Below, piece after piece: positions 8,166 through 16,928 of a DNA stretch of 57,714 nt (position 1 is the first letter of the stretch; every line of letters begins with the position of its first letter). Position numbers and translations under genes: made by a program. A model generated the notes under the pieces. The model had not been told where the DNA came from. It made no database searches and was given only the letters and a program-made list of their open reading frames with translations. The DNA is from a virus (Duplodnaviria > Caudoviricetes): the IMG/VR virus record IMGVR_UViG_3300044806_000061, positions 1 to 57,714 of that record; one strand, 5' to 3'.

Positions 8166-8264
8166 TACATAACGCAGGGGATTAGTGCTGTCCCCATACT
8201 GGTTCGGGCAACTGCTTCGAATCCGTGTCAGGAATCTTGTCCGAAAGCGGTATAAATGGCTTGT

Positions 8265-8546
8265 TCATTCTTCAACTCCAAATCGTTCTTTAATACCGTT
8301 GCCTAATTTTTGGGCTTGTAGGATAGCCCCATGAATAGCCATTTTTTCAGCCAACTCGTCCTCATTGAGTTTAGACAATGTATCTTGATTCTGTAGGATA
8401 GCTTGGTTACAAATTTCAATACATTGCTGAACAATCAACTCGGCGAACTTTTGTTCATCCAACACTTCACGGTCAAACGCAAATCCAGATTCAGCTCCAA
8501 CAATGATAGTAGCTTGTTGTTTAAGTTCTTTAATCCGCTCGTTCAT
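8265..8546 (-). CDS. small phage protein (MNERIKEL...KFAELIV...FGVEE type)
   Basis: ORF; AT-rich relative to flanks. Confidence 0.7.
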   Translation of the reverse strand: MNERIKELKQQATIIVGAESGFAFDREVLDEQKFAELIVQQCIEICNQAILQNQDTLSKLNEDELAEKMAIHGAILQAQKLGNGIKERFGVEE

Positions 8547-8890
8547 TCATCATCCTCTTCATCCTCATATTCATCGTAGGAGTCGATTGGAACTTCCATG
8601 AATTCGAAGTCGCAAGGTTTCTCCGTAATGAAGTATCCAATACGATTGACAAGGTGGTAGCCGTTCCCAATGAAAGTGCCCTCATCGCCATCCATATAAG
8701 TCCAGACGCGATTGGGTTCCGTATTGGCAATCTTCAGCACATACTCCAGCTCAGAGCCAAAGGTTTCGAACATGATTCCTATTCCGTTCTCGTCCTGGAA
8801 CGAGGCATCGGGATCAAGGTGGTTCACATCGGGGTTGTACCTCTCCGCCCAGTCCTCGAACTCCATCGTTCTGAAGTTGTCTTTTGTCAT
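8543..8890 (-). CDS. acidic hypothetical protein
   Basis: ORF with G.H.VNRIGY.IT motif. Confidence 0.7.
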   Translation of the reverse strand: MTKDNFRTMEFEDWAERYNPDVNHLDPDASFQDENGIGIMFETFGSELEYVLKIANTEPNRVWTYMDGDEGTFIGNGYHLVNRIGYFITEKPCDFEFMEVPIDSYDEYEDEEDDE

Positions 8891-9189
8891 TAGATCGATG
8901 TCCGCTTGGTGAAGTCGGAAGGCGAATACACCCGTGTAGAGACGGCGCCTGTTGCGTCAGATTGCCAAACAACGACAACCAATCCGTCACGCATATTCCA
9001 GCAACCCTTGTAGTAAGCACTCTTTCCGTAGCTATACGCCTGAAGCCAGTTTTTGTTCTCTTTGCACACCCGCTCAGTCAGGGTGATTTCGCCCCCTGCT
9101 TCGTTGGCCATTACATAGACATCTGCCAAAGTAGTTGTGCAGATAGTCATGCCCAGTAATAAGGCTAATAATCCTCTTTTCATCTTCAC
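8890..9189 (-). CDS. exported hypothetical protein
   Basis: signal-peptide-like N-terminus; NEAGGEITLT..C...GCW. Confidence 0.65.
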   Translation of the reverse strand: MKMKRGLLALLLGMTICTTTLADVYVMANEAGGEITLTERVCKENKNWLQAYSYGKSAYYKGCWNMRDGLVVVVWQSDATGAVSTRVYSPSDFTKRTSI

Positions 9190-9199
9190 CTCCTCTTTA

Positions 9200-9248
9200 A
9201 GTCAGTATTGACTGAAACCAGTTTACAAGCTCAATACAGGACTAACAA
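9200..9248 (-). promoter_or_regulatory. promoter (TTGTTA-GT-CCTGTA-N9-TAAACT) with operator AGTCA-GTAT-TGACT
   Basis: promoter 9220-9248, palindrome 9200-9213. Confidence 0.7.
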
Positions 9249-9265
9249 CAGACTTGATTGGGGAC

Positions 9266-9517
9266 TTACGCATGAAAGTCATTCCACTTGGTAATCACGA
9301 AGTCCGTATCGGTTCTGCTCTTGAAGCCTGGGGCAATATCCATGAACCCCTCAAGCTCTTCCATGCTTTCAAACCAGTAAAACACTTCATCGTCATCCGT
9401 ATCTTCGGTGTACTGCCCGCCGACTGCACAGACATAGCCATCGAAAGTGGTCTTGTCATCCAGCCAATAGCCACCAATGACTACATAGCGTTCAGGAGGT
9501 GTTGATTTTAAACTCAT
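9266..9517 (-). CDS. acidic hypothetical protein (MSLKSTPPERY...)
   Basis: start moved to TAATG overlap at 9517. Confidence 0.6.
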   Translation of the reverse strand: MSLKSTPPERYVVIGGYWLDDKTTFDGYVCAVGGQYTEDTDDDEVFYWFESMEELEGFMDIAPGFKSRTDTDFVITKWNDFHA

Positions 9518-9714
9518 TAGAAGATACCCTTTTGATTGATGATGCATGAATAGCGGTAACGGATTGGCGATGTCCCGATGATGTCCTTGACCTCTCGGCC
9601 GGCTTTCTCGCACTCCTCGAGCGTCGTATAGCCTGAGTAGTTCTTCGTGGTCATGCTCTCGACTCCTTGAGAGTTAACGCCGAAGAGGAAGAGCATCAAG
9701 ATGTATCCGTTCAT
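9517..9714 (-). CDS. small exported/membrane protein
   Basis: hydrophobic N-terminus, two Cys. Confidence 0.55.
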   Translation of the reverse strand: MNGYILMLFLFGVNSQGVESMTTKNYSGYTTLEECEKAGREVKDIIGTSPIRYRYSCIINQKGIF

Positions 9715-9926
9715 GCTTTCTCCTCTTCGCAGAGTCGTTGAGCTTCGCCGATCATGTGAATGAAGTCCCTATCAGTGACCAGCCCTGATACCGCCATGAA
9801 CAGAGAGTCAATGCCTGTCGAGTATTGAGCAGGCGTGATCTTTCCGTTAGTGACGGACAGGGTCAGCCAGGACAGCGTGTCGAATGCCTTCCTGTTCACT
9901 TCGTCTTGTAGGACTGGGACTGTCAT
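9711..9926 (-). CDS. hypothetical protein
   Basis: ORF with ATGA overlaps. Confidence 0.6.
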   Translation of the reverse strand: MTVPVLQDEVNRKAFDTLSWLTLSVTNGKITPAQYSTGIDSLFMAVSGLVTDRDFIHMIGEAQRLCEEEKA

Positions 9927-10291
9927 TTCTTCTTTTTCTTGAAGGTCACGAAACGGCGTGAGCCATTTACGCTTGATGTCAAGGTGTAGCTGTCAGAGTC
10001 CATGAGCTTATTGAGCCTGCGTCGTAGCGCCTGCATGTATAAGTTGATGTCAGCTTCTTTGGGAACACCCGTATCGCATGACTTAACACCCTTCATGAAC
10101 TGAGCGACTTCCTCAAGCCCGTCGTATGCGGTGCGATTGGATTTGCCACTTTGTAGTTTGCTTGGGTGCTTCTTCTTAGCGATCTTGTTTTCCGCCTCGA
10201 TGACTGTTAAATCGTCGCTTGGTACAGGTGCAACAGGGTTAACAGTAGATTTGCGGAATACTCGGTCTAATAAGTCTTTAAATAATTTCAT
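9923..10291 (-). CDS. basic hypothetical protein
   Basis: GGAG RBS before MKLFKD. Confidence 0.55.
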   Translation of the reverse strand: MKLFKDLLDRVFRKSTVNPVAPVPSDDLTVIEAENKIAKKKHPSKLQSGKSNRTAYDGLEEVAQFMKGVKSCDTGVPKEADINLYMQALRRRLNKLMDSDSYTLTSSVNGSRRFVTFKKKKK

Positions 10292-10327
10292 GGTTTCTCC
10301 AGTTGATAGTGTCATACCGACAATTAA

Positions 10328-10369
10328 ACTTTAAAGCGATAACACAGGGAATACAAGTCACTACTGACA
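10328..10369 (-). promoter_or_regulatory. promoter (TTGTAT-TC-CCTGTG-N9-TAAAGT) with operator abutting the -35
   Basis: promoter 10328-10356, palindrome AGTCA-CTAC-TGACA 10356-10369. Confidence 0.6.
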
Positions 10370-10375
10370 TATTCC

Positions 10376-11008
10376 CTAATGTACGTAACCATTCCCCGTC
10401 TGACGCATCAGCTCCAAATCCTCTTGCGTTTTCACCTTGCAACGATCCACCGCAGACGATAAAGCTGACATACGGCCATCTAAGGTTGTGATGCTTCGAG
10501 GCATGTAGAAATGTAGGGTGTCGAGCTTCTCGTCCACCGTTAAGCCGAAGATGAGCGAGTTCAAGTGTTCGATGTAGGCTCGGTTCATTGCGGCCTTGCC
10601 TGGTGCGTCCTTGAGTTCGATGCCTGGCTGGATCAGCAGGATCATGCCGAAGCGTTTGTTCACGCACTTGTAGCAGTCCAAGACGTACTGGTTCAGGCGG
10701 TCAAAACTCTCTTCAGGCGCTCGATCACCAATCGCATCACCCAAGGTATAGGCGATCATGTCGAGTGGTGTTCGATCAGTAATGAATTGCTCACCTGCGT
10801 ACTTGGCATACTCACGATCCAGACGCTTGAGAATCTCTTCCTGAATACCGAGGCGAGTTACGAAATCGTAAGTGACGGACGGGTCGTAACCCAACTCTCG
10901 GTAGATGGCGCTGACTGAAGTTTCAAGGAACGGAATCTTTGCTTTCTCTGCGTAAGCCCGTGCGAGTGTTGTCTTCCCAGTTCGATGGGATCCGCAAAGT
11001 CCGATCAT
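10376..11008 (-). CDS. P-loop nucleotide kinase-like ATPase (NadR/AAA_28 type)
   Basis: GSHRTGKTT Walker A; ITDRTPLD motif. Confidence 0.75.
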   Translation of the reverse strand: MIGLCGSHRTGKTTLARAYAEKAKIPFLETSVSAIYRELGYDPSVTYDFVTRLGIQEEILKRLDREYAKYAGEQFITDRTPLDMIAYTLGDAIGDRAPEESFDRLNQYVLDCYKCVNKRFGMILLIQPGIELKDAPGKAAMNRAYIEHLNSLIFGLTVDEKLDTLHFYMPRSITTLDGRMSALSSAVDRCKVKTQEDLELMRQTGNGYVH

Positions 11009-11616
11009 TCAGCCTTGCCCTCGAGAATTGCCCGCTCCTTCGCCAGATTGCGTTCGAGTGCGGCTTCAGGGGTGAACTTCTCAGGGTAGCGAGCGGCTAA
11101 CTTGGCGATGTTCGTAACTTGGATGTGTTCGAGCGATGTGTCGCATGAATCTGCGCCTACTGCCGCATACCACTGGACATCACCGATCTCCTCAGCGAAG
11201 TTCACATCGTCAATAGGCTGACCCTCCAGTTGCTTGCGAACGGCAGCCAATAGCTCTCCCGCTTCCGTAAACACACCGATTGCACAATGCAATTTGCGGA
11301 GGTCGAGGTTTTCAGCCTTGATGTTGCGACACTCTTCAGGAAGCGCTTGGTAGAGCGCCTTGTCATGTTTCTGCTCCAGTTGATCGCTCACTTGGAACAT
11401 GAGCTGGGCGTAACCAGCCAGGCTCTCTGCGAGTGCGCGGAACTCTTCCTTATTGAGAGCCTTGCCGTAGAAGGCAGTTTTCTTGACCCGATCCATCATT
11501 TCGGTCATGTGCCCTGCGGCGTTGAGGACAATGTGAAGGCCAACCTCTCCGAAGTTCAGCTCCGTAGGTTTGCTTTCCGTAAGCAGGGCCCGTTCTTGAT
11601 ATGTTTTGTTGTCCAT
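11005..11616 (-). CDS. MazG-like NTP pyrophosphohydrolase
   Basis: TEAGEL...EEIGDVQWY...NIAKLAARYP. Confidence 0.85.
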   Translation of the reverse strand: MDNKTYQERALLTESKPTELNFGEVGLHIVLNAAGHMTEMMDRVKKTAFYGKALNKEEFRALAESLAGYAQLMFQVSDQLEQKHDKALYQALPEECRNIKAENLDLRKLHCAIGVFTEAGELLAAVRKQLEGQPIDDVNFAEEIGDVQWYAAVGADSCDTSLEHIQVTNIAKLAARYPEKFTPEAALERNLAKERAILEGKAE

Positions 11617-11670
11617 GTTTTTCTCCGTAGTAAGTCAGTTATGAATGAGTTTAGCGAATATGGTTAGGGA

Positions 11671-12525
11671 TCAAAGCATTCGGCTTTCGACCTCTTTGCG
11701 GTGCTGGAACCAGCCTTTGAAGTTACCTGAGTAGGTATCAGCGTTCGGCATTGGCGTAGCCTGGTGCTCAACGGGTGACGCATGAATGGGTTTGCTACCC
11801 ACTAGGCGGTCATACAGATCGACATCCTTTTGTACGTCAGGAGTCTTACCATCATGTGTAAGGTATGAAACCCTAGCACAGCGAGCCGCTGAGAGCTTCT
11901 TCAGGATCTCGACGTTGTAGAGATCGCGTTCCTCTGGGGTGACGTAGGGTAAATGCCATTCTTCAGCGAAGCACAGCTTGGGTGTGTAGACATGCATCAG
12001 GCGAGCCATTTCAACAGCCAGTGCATTGATTTCGGGTTGAGCATCAGGATGGGCGCGTAAGGCGAAGAAGTTGTCCCATTCGGTTGCCGTAACGATGACA
12101 TGCATGATCTGAAACGGCTCGAGGATGCGGTTGACGACTTGTTTGTGAGTACCTGTGGCTTCCATCTGCTCCGCAAAGAAAGCTGCCGATTGAGCCGCCC
12201 TCTCCCACTGCCACTGAGCCGCTTCTCGATCTTCTTTCGACAGCTCCTCTTTGGCCTGCATCCCTGGCTGGTTCTTGCCCCAGTGAATCGGGCGTGCGGG
12301 GTTGGTTCGCACTTGCTCGATCATCTTGGCAACGGGAATTGCACGGGACGATGACGCATTACGGGAAAAGACCCGATGTGTCATGAACTCTGCGTGAATG
12401 AATCTGGGGTAGGACAACTGAAAGGTTGTCAGCCGTACATCGGCAAGACTGATTGAATCTTCAATGATCTTGGCGGTAATCTGAGACTGATCCAATGTAT
12501 CAGTAAACAACTGTAATTGCGGCAT
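11671..12525 (-). CDS. thyX: FAD-dependent thymidylate synthase, phage type
   Basis: EFMTHRVFSRNASSSR, FFALR.H.DAQPEI, SAARCARVSY, HASPVEH. Confidence 0.85.
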   Translation of the reverse strand: MPQLQLFTDTLDQSQITAKIIEDSISLADVRLTTFQLSYPRFIHAEFMTHRVFSRNASSSRAIPVAKMIEQVRTNPARPIHWGKNQPGMQAKEELSKEDREAAQWQWERAAQSAAFFAEQMEATGTHKQVVNRILEPFQIMHVIVTATEWDNFFALRAHPDAQPEINALAVEMARLMHVYTPKLCFAEEWHLPYVTPEERDLYNVEILKKLSAARCARVSYLTHDGKTPDVQKDVDLYDRLVGSKPIHASPVEHQATPMPNADTYSGNFKGWFQHRKEVESRML

Positions 12526-12538
12526 TTCTTCTCCTAGA

Positions 12539-12613
12539 TGGTGCCCAGTGAGAGAATCGAACTCCCGATATCCTCATTACAAGTGAGGTGCATTACCACT
12601 CTGCTAACTGGGC
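12539..12613 (-). tRNA. tRNA-Thr(UGU) with encoded CCA
   Basis: GCCCAGT/ACTGGGC acceptor; CCTCA-CTTGTAA-TGAGG anticodon arm; GTTCGATTC T-arm. Confidence 0.93.
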
Positions 12614-12626
12614 ATACTGCAAAACT

Positions 12627-12714
12627 TGGCGGAGAGAGTAGGATTCGAACCTACGGAGCTTTTACACTCGTCTGTTTTCAAGGCAGATGCTTTCGACCAC
12701 TCAGCCATCTCTCC
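12627..12714 (-). tRNA. tRNA-Ser(UGA) with long variable arm and CCA
   Basis: GGAGAGA/TCTCTCC acceptor, discriminator G, loop CTTGAAA, GTTCGAATC. Confidence 0.92.
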
Positions 12715-12782
12715 ATACAAAGGTGCCAGGCTTCTTGTGCTGGTGCCTGGCGACCAGTCGTAACTTCGGGAGAAGTTCAGGA

Positions 12783-12802
12783 CAGTATAGTCACTTCTGA
12801 CT
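12783..12802 (-). promoter_or_regulatory. operator AGTCA-CTTC-TGACT merging into -10 TATACT of the tRNA promoter
   Basis: minus strand AGTCAGAAGTGACTATACT. Confidence 0.65.
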
Positions 12803-13020
12803 TACTTGACCAGTACTCCCATTTCCTGAAGGATCTGACGGGCTTGCTTGCCGTGATCGAACCCCTGCCCCGCATAGAACTTCAGAACGCTCACCAAGGC
12901 TCCAAACATCGCCACAGACTTCGCATTGGAGTCGGTGACAGCGACGGGCTTGGTAATGGCGGGAATCGCTTCCTGCTCGATCTGAGGCGTTTTAGGGCCT
13001 GGGAATTGGATCACGGTCAT
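12802..13020 (-). CDS. hypothetical protein
   Basis: ORF after AGGA RBS. Confidence 0.6.
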   Translation of the reverse strand: MTVIQFPGPKTPQIEQEAIPAITKPVAVTDSNAKSVAMFGALVSVLKFYAGQGFDHGKQARQILQEMGVLVK

Positions 13021-13029
13021 AGCTAGTCC

Positions 13030-15489
13030 TTATTTAGATGCTTCGTTCGTTCCGAAATCAATCGGGCATGCGCCTGTACTGCAATCCACATGCTCTGCAC
13101 CAATGTCCTGCTTGACGTTTTCAGTGTCTTTGATAGCCGCACAGATCATCTCGTACTCGTGGGCGTTCACTGGTTGCTCAGGCTGGTACTCGTAAGCCGA
13201 GGTATCTGCCTGTGGCATCACTGAACAACAACGAATCGTGGACTGACCTTCCATCAAAGTACGCTTGAAGTCCTCAAAACTAACAACTGTCGGGTCGTAT
13301 TTCAGGGTGTAGCTGACTTGGTTGCCACGCTCCTCGAGCGGTGTAACGCCATCTTCTTGCACGCCTGTAATCCAATACTTCTCAAGCAATCGTAGGTACT
13401 GATACTGCTCTTCGGGAGTCGCCTCTGCCGCTGTTACCAGTTTGTCACCCATACCTAGCGCACAAATCTGTGGACGGGTTGGGAAACCGACAATGGTTGT
13501 GCCTGAGTAAGTCTTGAGCATACGAATCGGGTAGCCTAAAGCTCGGTAGTTGTCGATCAATGGATCGTCATTACGGAACTGCACCCAACGTAGATACTCA
13601 CGCATTGATGCTAGGTGAGCGCCTTCAGTCAAGCCGAACAACTTGGAAGTTGTGCCGGCAGGCTTGATGGTTGTGTTGGTATGAGGAACCGCTACGCCTA
13701 CCAACTCCGAGTAGCTTCGTGCCTCTTCCTGAACAGCACGCTTGAATCGAGCCAACATGAGCCAGAAGTCTTTTGACAGCTCCTCATTCACGATGTCTCT
13801 CCAACCGTAGCCGAAGCGGGCCCAAGCGTATTCATGCAGACCTGTGATGCCTACGCCAATACGGTTCGTTCTATGCACTTCCTTGTGGTACATGCTGTCC
13901 ATCAAGTTAGTACGAATCAAGGCACGAGTCGCAGTACGGAATGAATCTTCTGCATCAGCATCCCAAACAGAGTTCAAAGGCTTCTCTTCGCCTGGCTCAT
14001 AGCTTGCGGCATGGAACGGAACAACGTCCGCGATCACGCAGTAGCCACCTAACGCGCCCAACACGATCTCACCGCATGGGTTCGTAATCACCTTGTACTT
14101 GGAGTTCTTCCAGGCGTTAGCGAGGGCTGAAGTCAACTTCAAAGTCTCTCTGTCCAACTTGTAACGGGCAGATTCAGCAAAGTCACCATCCAGCAAGGTT
14201 TCGATGCCGTCGTCTTTCCATGTCAGCTTGTCCACGTTGATGATGCCTGGCTCGCCTGTTTGGTCGTAGTAAGCCGCCTCGGTCAACGCATCGAACACTG
14301 CCTTTGCATGAGCCGCAAGAGTCTCTTTGCCTCGAGGAGCCGCCTCACCCTTGACATAGCCCCAAAATTCATCGTCACAAGTGACTGAATTGTTGGATGA
14401 CCACAAGAAACCGCCTCGCTTAACCTGTACGAAGTCCAAGCAATCTTTATCACGCCAGGTCTTTGTTGCCATACGAGCCGCACGGCGAGCACCGCCTACC
14501 AGCACGCACTCTGCAACATAGTGGTCGGCGTACATGGCAGCACGCCAAGGTGCCATACCAGCATCACGCAACTTCGCTACGTTGGAGATCGCTGTCATCA
14601 AGGGGCCAGGGCCAGAGGCAGGACGACCCTGCATACCAGCGATACCTGTTCCACGAGGGCGAACCTTTGAGAAGTCCAGAATCAATACTGTGTCCCGCTT
14701 ATCGCCTTCGAAAGCCATCAGCTCCATCTTCTCCAGTGCTTTTGCCCAGCCTTCGCGGGAATCTGGCACTTCAAAGACTTCTTGGGTACGACCCGCATAC
14801 AGATGTTTTGCTGTGCGTAAATCTAATGCGCTGATCTCGCCTGACTGAGCATCCTTGTGCATCATGTCGACGACAGGAACTACGATAGGCAAGTTATTCA
14901 AGTCCGCAACGATCATTTCATTGTCATAAGAGCGACCAACGCCTGAACCGTTTAGCAACAGATAGAAAGTCAGGAATGTAGATGCAGATGTGGAGCAGTT
15001 TGTAAACACTTCCATAGGGCGTGAAGGCTGAGTCTCGTCGCCGTGTTGCAAATGACGACCTGACATCAGGATTGAAGCCTGACGGAGGTGGTGATTCATC
15101 TTCTCAAACTCTTGGGCACGATTCTCTGCCGTGACTTCGAATGGCTCATCGCCGAGCTGAGGATGCAATAGTGAGTTACCAAAGGCTACGCGATGGGCTA
15201 CATCTTCCCATTTCTCGATCTCCACGATACCGATGACGTTTAGGGTGATCTTTACGATCAACTCATCGCCATAGTCAACAGCATAGCTTTCGATTACATA
15301 GTTATTGGACTTGCACCACTCGTCCACTTCATGATCCAGAGCCATGTCATCACGGCGAGGCAACTCAATGTGCATGGTGTACGGCTCAACAGCCCGTGTC
15401 ACCTTTCGGTTAATAGTACGATCCGCAACTGCGTCGCCAATTCCTTTGGCGTATTCTCGTGCGGGGGTTTTTGATGATGGAAGGCTCAT
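13030..15489 (-). CDS. nrdJ: class II (adenosylcobalamin-dependent) ribonucleotide reductase
   Basis: FTNC, GSGVG, ASGPGPL, GGARRAA, TNPCGEI, TIKPAGT, C-terminal CSTGACP; no class I beta gene nearby. Confidence 0.88.
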   Translation of the reverse strand: MSLPSSKTPAREYAKGIGDAVADRTINRKVTRAVEPYTMHIELPRRDDMALDHEVDEWCKSNNYVIESYAVDYGDELIVKITLNVIGIVEIEKWEDVAHRVAFGNSLLHPQLGDEPFEVTAENRAQEFEKMNHHLRQASILMSGRHLQHGDETQPSRPMEVFTNCSTSASTFLTFYLLLNGSGVGRSYDNEMIVADLNNLPIVVPVVDMMHKDAQSGEISALDLRTAKHLYAGRTQEVFEVPDSREGWAKALEKMELMAFEGDKRDTVLILDFSKVRPRGTGIAGMQGRPASGPGPLMTAISNVAKLRDAGMAPWRAAMYADHYVAECVLVGGARRAARMATKTWRDKDCLDFVQVKRGGFLWSSNNSVTCDDEFWGYVKGEAAPRGKETLAAHAKAVFDALTEAAYYDQTGEPGIINVDKLTWKDDGIETLLDGDFAESARYKLDRETLKLTSALANAWKNSKYKVITNPCGEIVLGALGGYCVIADVVPFHAASYEPGEEKPLNSVWDADAEDSFRTATRALIRTNLMDSMYHKEVHRTNRIGVGITGLHEYAWARFGYGWRDIVNEELSKDFWLMLARFKRAVQEEARSYSELVGVAVPHTNTTIKPAGTTSKLFGLTEGAHLASMREYLRWVQFRNDDPLIDNYRALGYPIRMLKTYSGTTIVGFPTRPQICALGMGDKLVTAAEATPEEQYQYLRLLEKYWITGVQEDGVTPLEERGNQVSYTLKYDPTVVSFEDFKRTLMEGQSTIRCCSVMPQADTSAYEYQPEQPVNAHEYEMICAAIKDTENVKQDIGAEHVDCSTGACPIDFGTNEASK

Positions 15490-15542
15490 GAATCTCCTTT
15501 TTCTTTTAGGTTAGTGGTTTATGAATTTTTGAAAGGACGGTG

Positions 15543-15571
15543 ATGATACTTCACCGATGACTTAACTGCAA
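15543..15571 (-). promoter_or_regulatory. promoter TTGCAG-N17-TATCAT with operator in the spacer
   Basis: degenerate palindrome 15549-15562. Confidence 0.65.
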
Positions 15572-15580
15572 TATAAGGTT

Positions 15581-16279
15581 TTACCAGGCGTCTACATCAG
15601 AGGTTGCGGGTCGGTCAGGGTCATTTCTTATATAAGGTTCTGGCTCGACTTCTTCTTTTTGAGTATCAGTAGCATTTTTCTTGGCATTGCCCAGTTCGAT
15701 AAACTCTGCTTTTCTTTTTCCATTTGGATACATTGCCGAAAGTTTGCCGTCTGGACAAATGATTGTCGTACAGCCTGCCTCAGCGCCTTTATGTTGACAG
15801 GTTGCGGCGCACCGCAATGAGTCGTCGGAGGCACTCTTCTCTTCCTGGAATTTGAGGTGAAAGCAAGTGCTACAGCCATTCATGTTTTCAGCGACGTATT
15901 CCTGAATTTGTAATCGGACACGGTCGGTCATTTGTGTCTCAGACAATTCGGACAGCATCAAATCCAGAGCGCTCATCCTTATGATTGGAGTGGTGTTGAA
16001 CAAAGTCTTGGGAAGTACGCCGTCACGGACGGCTGAGGCAGACAGTGAGGAGATGGCACTGGTGGCGCCTATTTCTCCGATGCCGATACTTGTAATGCCT
16101 GTGGATAAGTCACTGTGACGAGGAAGCGCTACTGAACCGCCTGGCATGGGGAAACTGGAGCTTGCAATTGCCAGTTCCACCCATTTACGGCCGTCATAGA
16201 CTTCGGTTCTCTCAAGAGTCGTGTTGACCCGCATTTCGCCTGGTAGGGGTTGACTTTCAGGACAAATAGTTATCGCCAC
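15581..16279 (-). CDS. hypothetical protein with Cys-rich C-terminal domain
   Basis: ORF; CxxC and further Cys; ends DVDAW. Confidence 0.65.
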   Translation of the reverse strand: MAITICPESQPLPGEMRVNTTLERTEVYDGRKWVELAIASSSFPMPGGSVALPRHSDLSTGITSIGIGEIGATSAISSLSASAVRDGVLPKTLFNTTPIIRMSALDLMLSELSETQMTDRVRLQIQEYVAENMNGCSTCFHLKFQEEKSASDDSLRCAATCQHKGAEAGCTTIICPDGKLSAMYPNGKRKAEFIELGNAKKNATDTQKEEVEPEPYIRNDPDRPATSDVDAW

Positions 16280-16323
16280 TTGTTTACTCTCTCCAATAAT
16301 TTCTAGCTCTTATATATGTAGCT

Positions 16324-16342
16324 AGTATAGTCACGGGTGACT
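16324..16342 (-). promoter_or_regulatory. operator AGTCA-CGGG-TGACT merging into -10 TATACT
   Basis: palindrome 16329-16342. Confidence 0.65.
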
Positions 16343-16346
16343 TAGA

Positions 16347-16928
16347 TCACGCGACTGATTTCATACTCCGATACATGGCAATCGCTTGTTTGAACTGCTG
16401 TGAATCCAAGCCGGCATTAATCGATGCAACCGCATCGGCCAAGTGCTCGTTAGCGTTGGTCGGAACCATCTTTCCCTTGAGCTTACGCATCCTCCAGGGA
16501 GCGTCAGGGAAGCGATTCATCGCCCAGTCGATCATCTCCCCCTTCGTAGCTGAACGAACGCCAGTAGCCTTCATTTTGACCTCTCCTGGGAACACTTGAA
16601 TGAGAGGTAAGGGACAACTCGCCAGGACACCTGTAACCAGCCCTGAATTGAAGTTTGCCCCTGCGTAACCCGCTGGGTTGCAGAACGGGATCTCGGAGAT
16701 GGCCAGCGATGCTTCGGCACATGCCTCGAGCATGCCTTCTTGAACGATCTTTGCCCTGCGTAAGTCGTCAGATTGCTTGATAACGCCCTTCTTGGACTCG
16801 CTCTCGGTTTCAATCAGGATCAGGTCATCAATTGTGAAGTCAAGAGTATCAACATCTACCGTTGCCTTGCAAATACCCCAATTGCTCATACTTGGATCCA
16901 TCCCAACTACTTTGATTTTCATTACCAT
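16347..16928 (-). CDS. RuvC-like Holliday junction resolvase
   Basis: VVGMDPS..NWG, SE.P, P.EVK, ATK.EM, NEHLADA. Confidence 0.8.
   Translation of the reverse strand: MVMKIKVVGMDPSMSNWGICKATVDVDTLDFTIDDLILIETESESKKGVIKQSDDLRRAKIVQEGMLEACAEASLAISEIPFCNPAGYAGANFNSGLVTGVLASCPLPLIQVFPGEVKMKATGVRSATKGEMIDWAMNRFPDAPWRMRKLKGKMVPTNANEHLADAVASINAGLDSQQFKQAIAMYRSMKSVA

Noticed and set aside
12627-12714. Suppressor or selenocysteine tRNA, or genetic recoding
   Set aside because: Anticodon UGA reads UCA (Ser); genes end normally at TAA, TAG and TGA.
12538-13026. Plus-strand 162-aa ORF
   Set aside because: It is the antisense of two tRNAs and a minus-strand gene.
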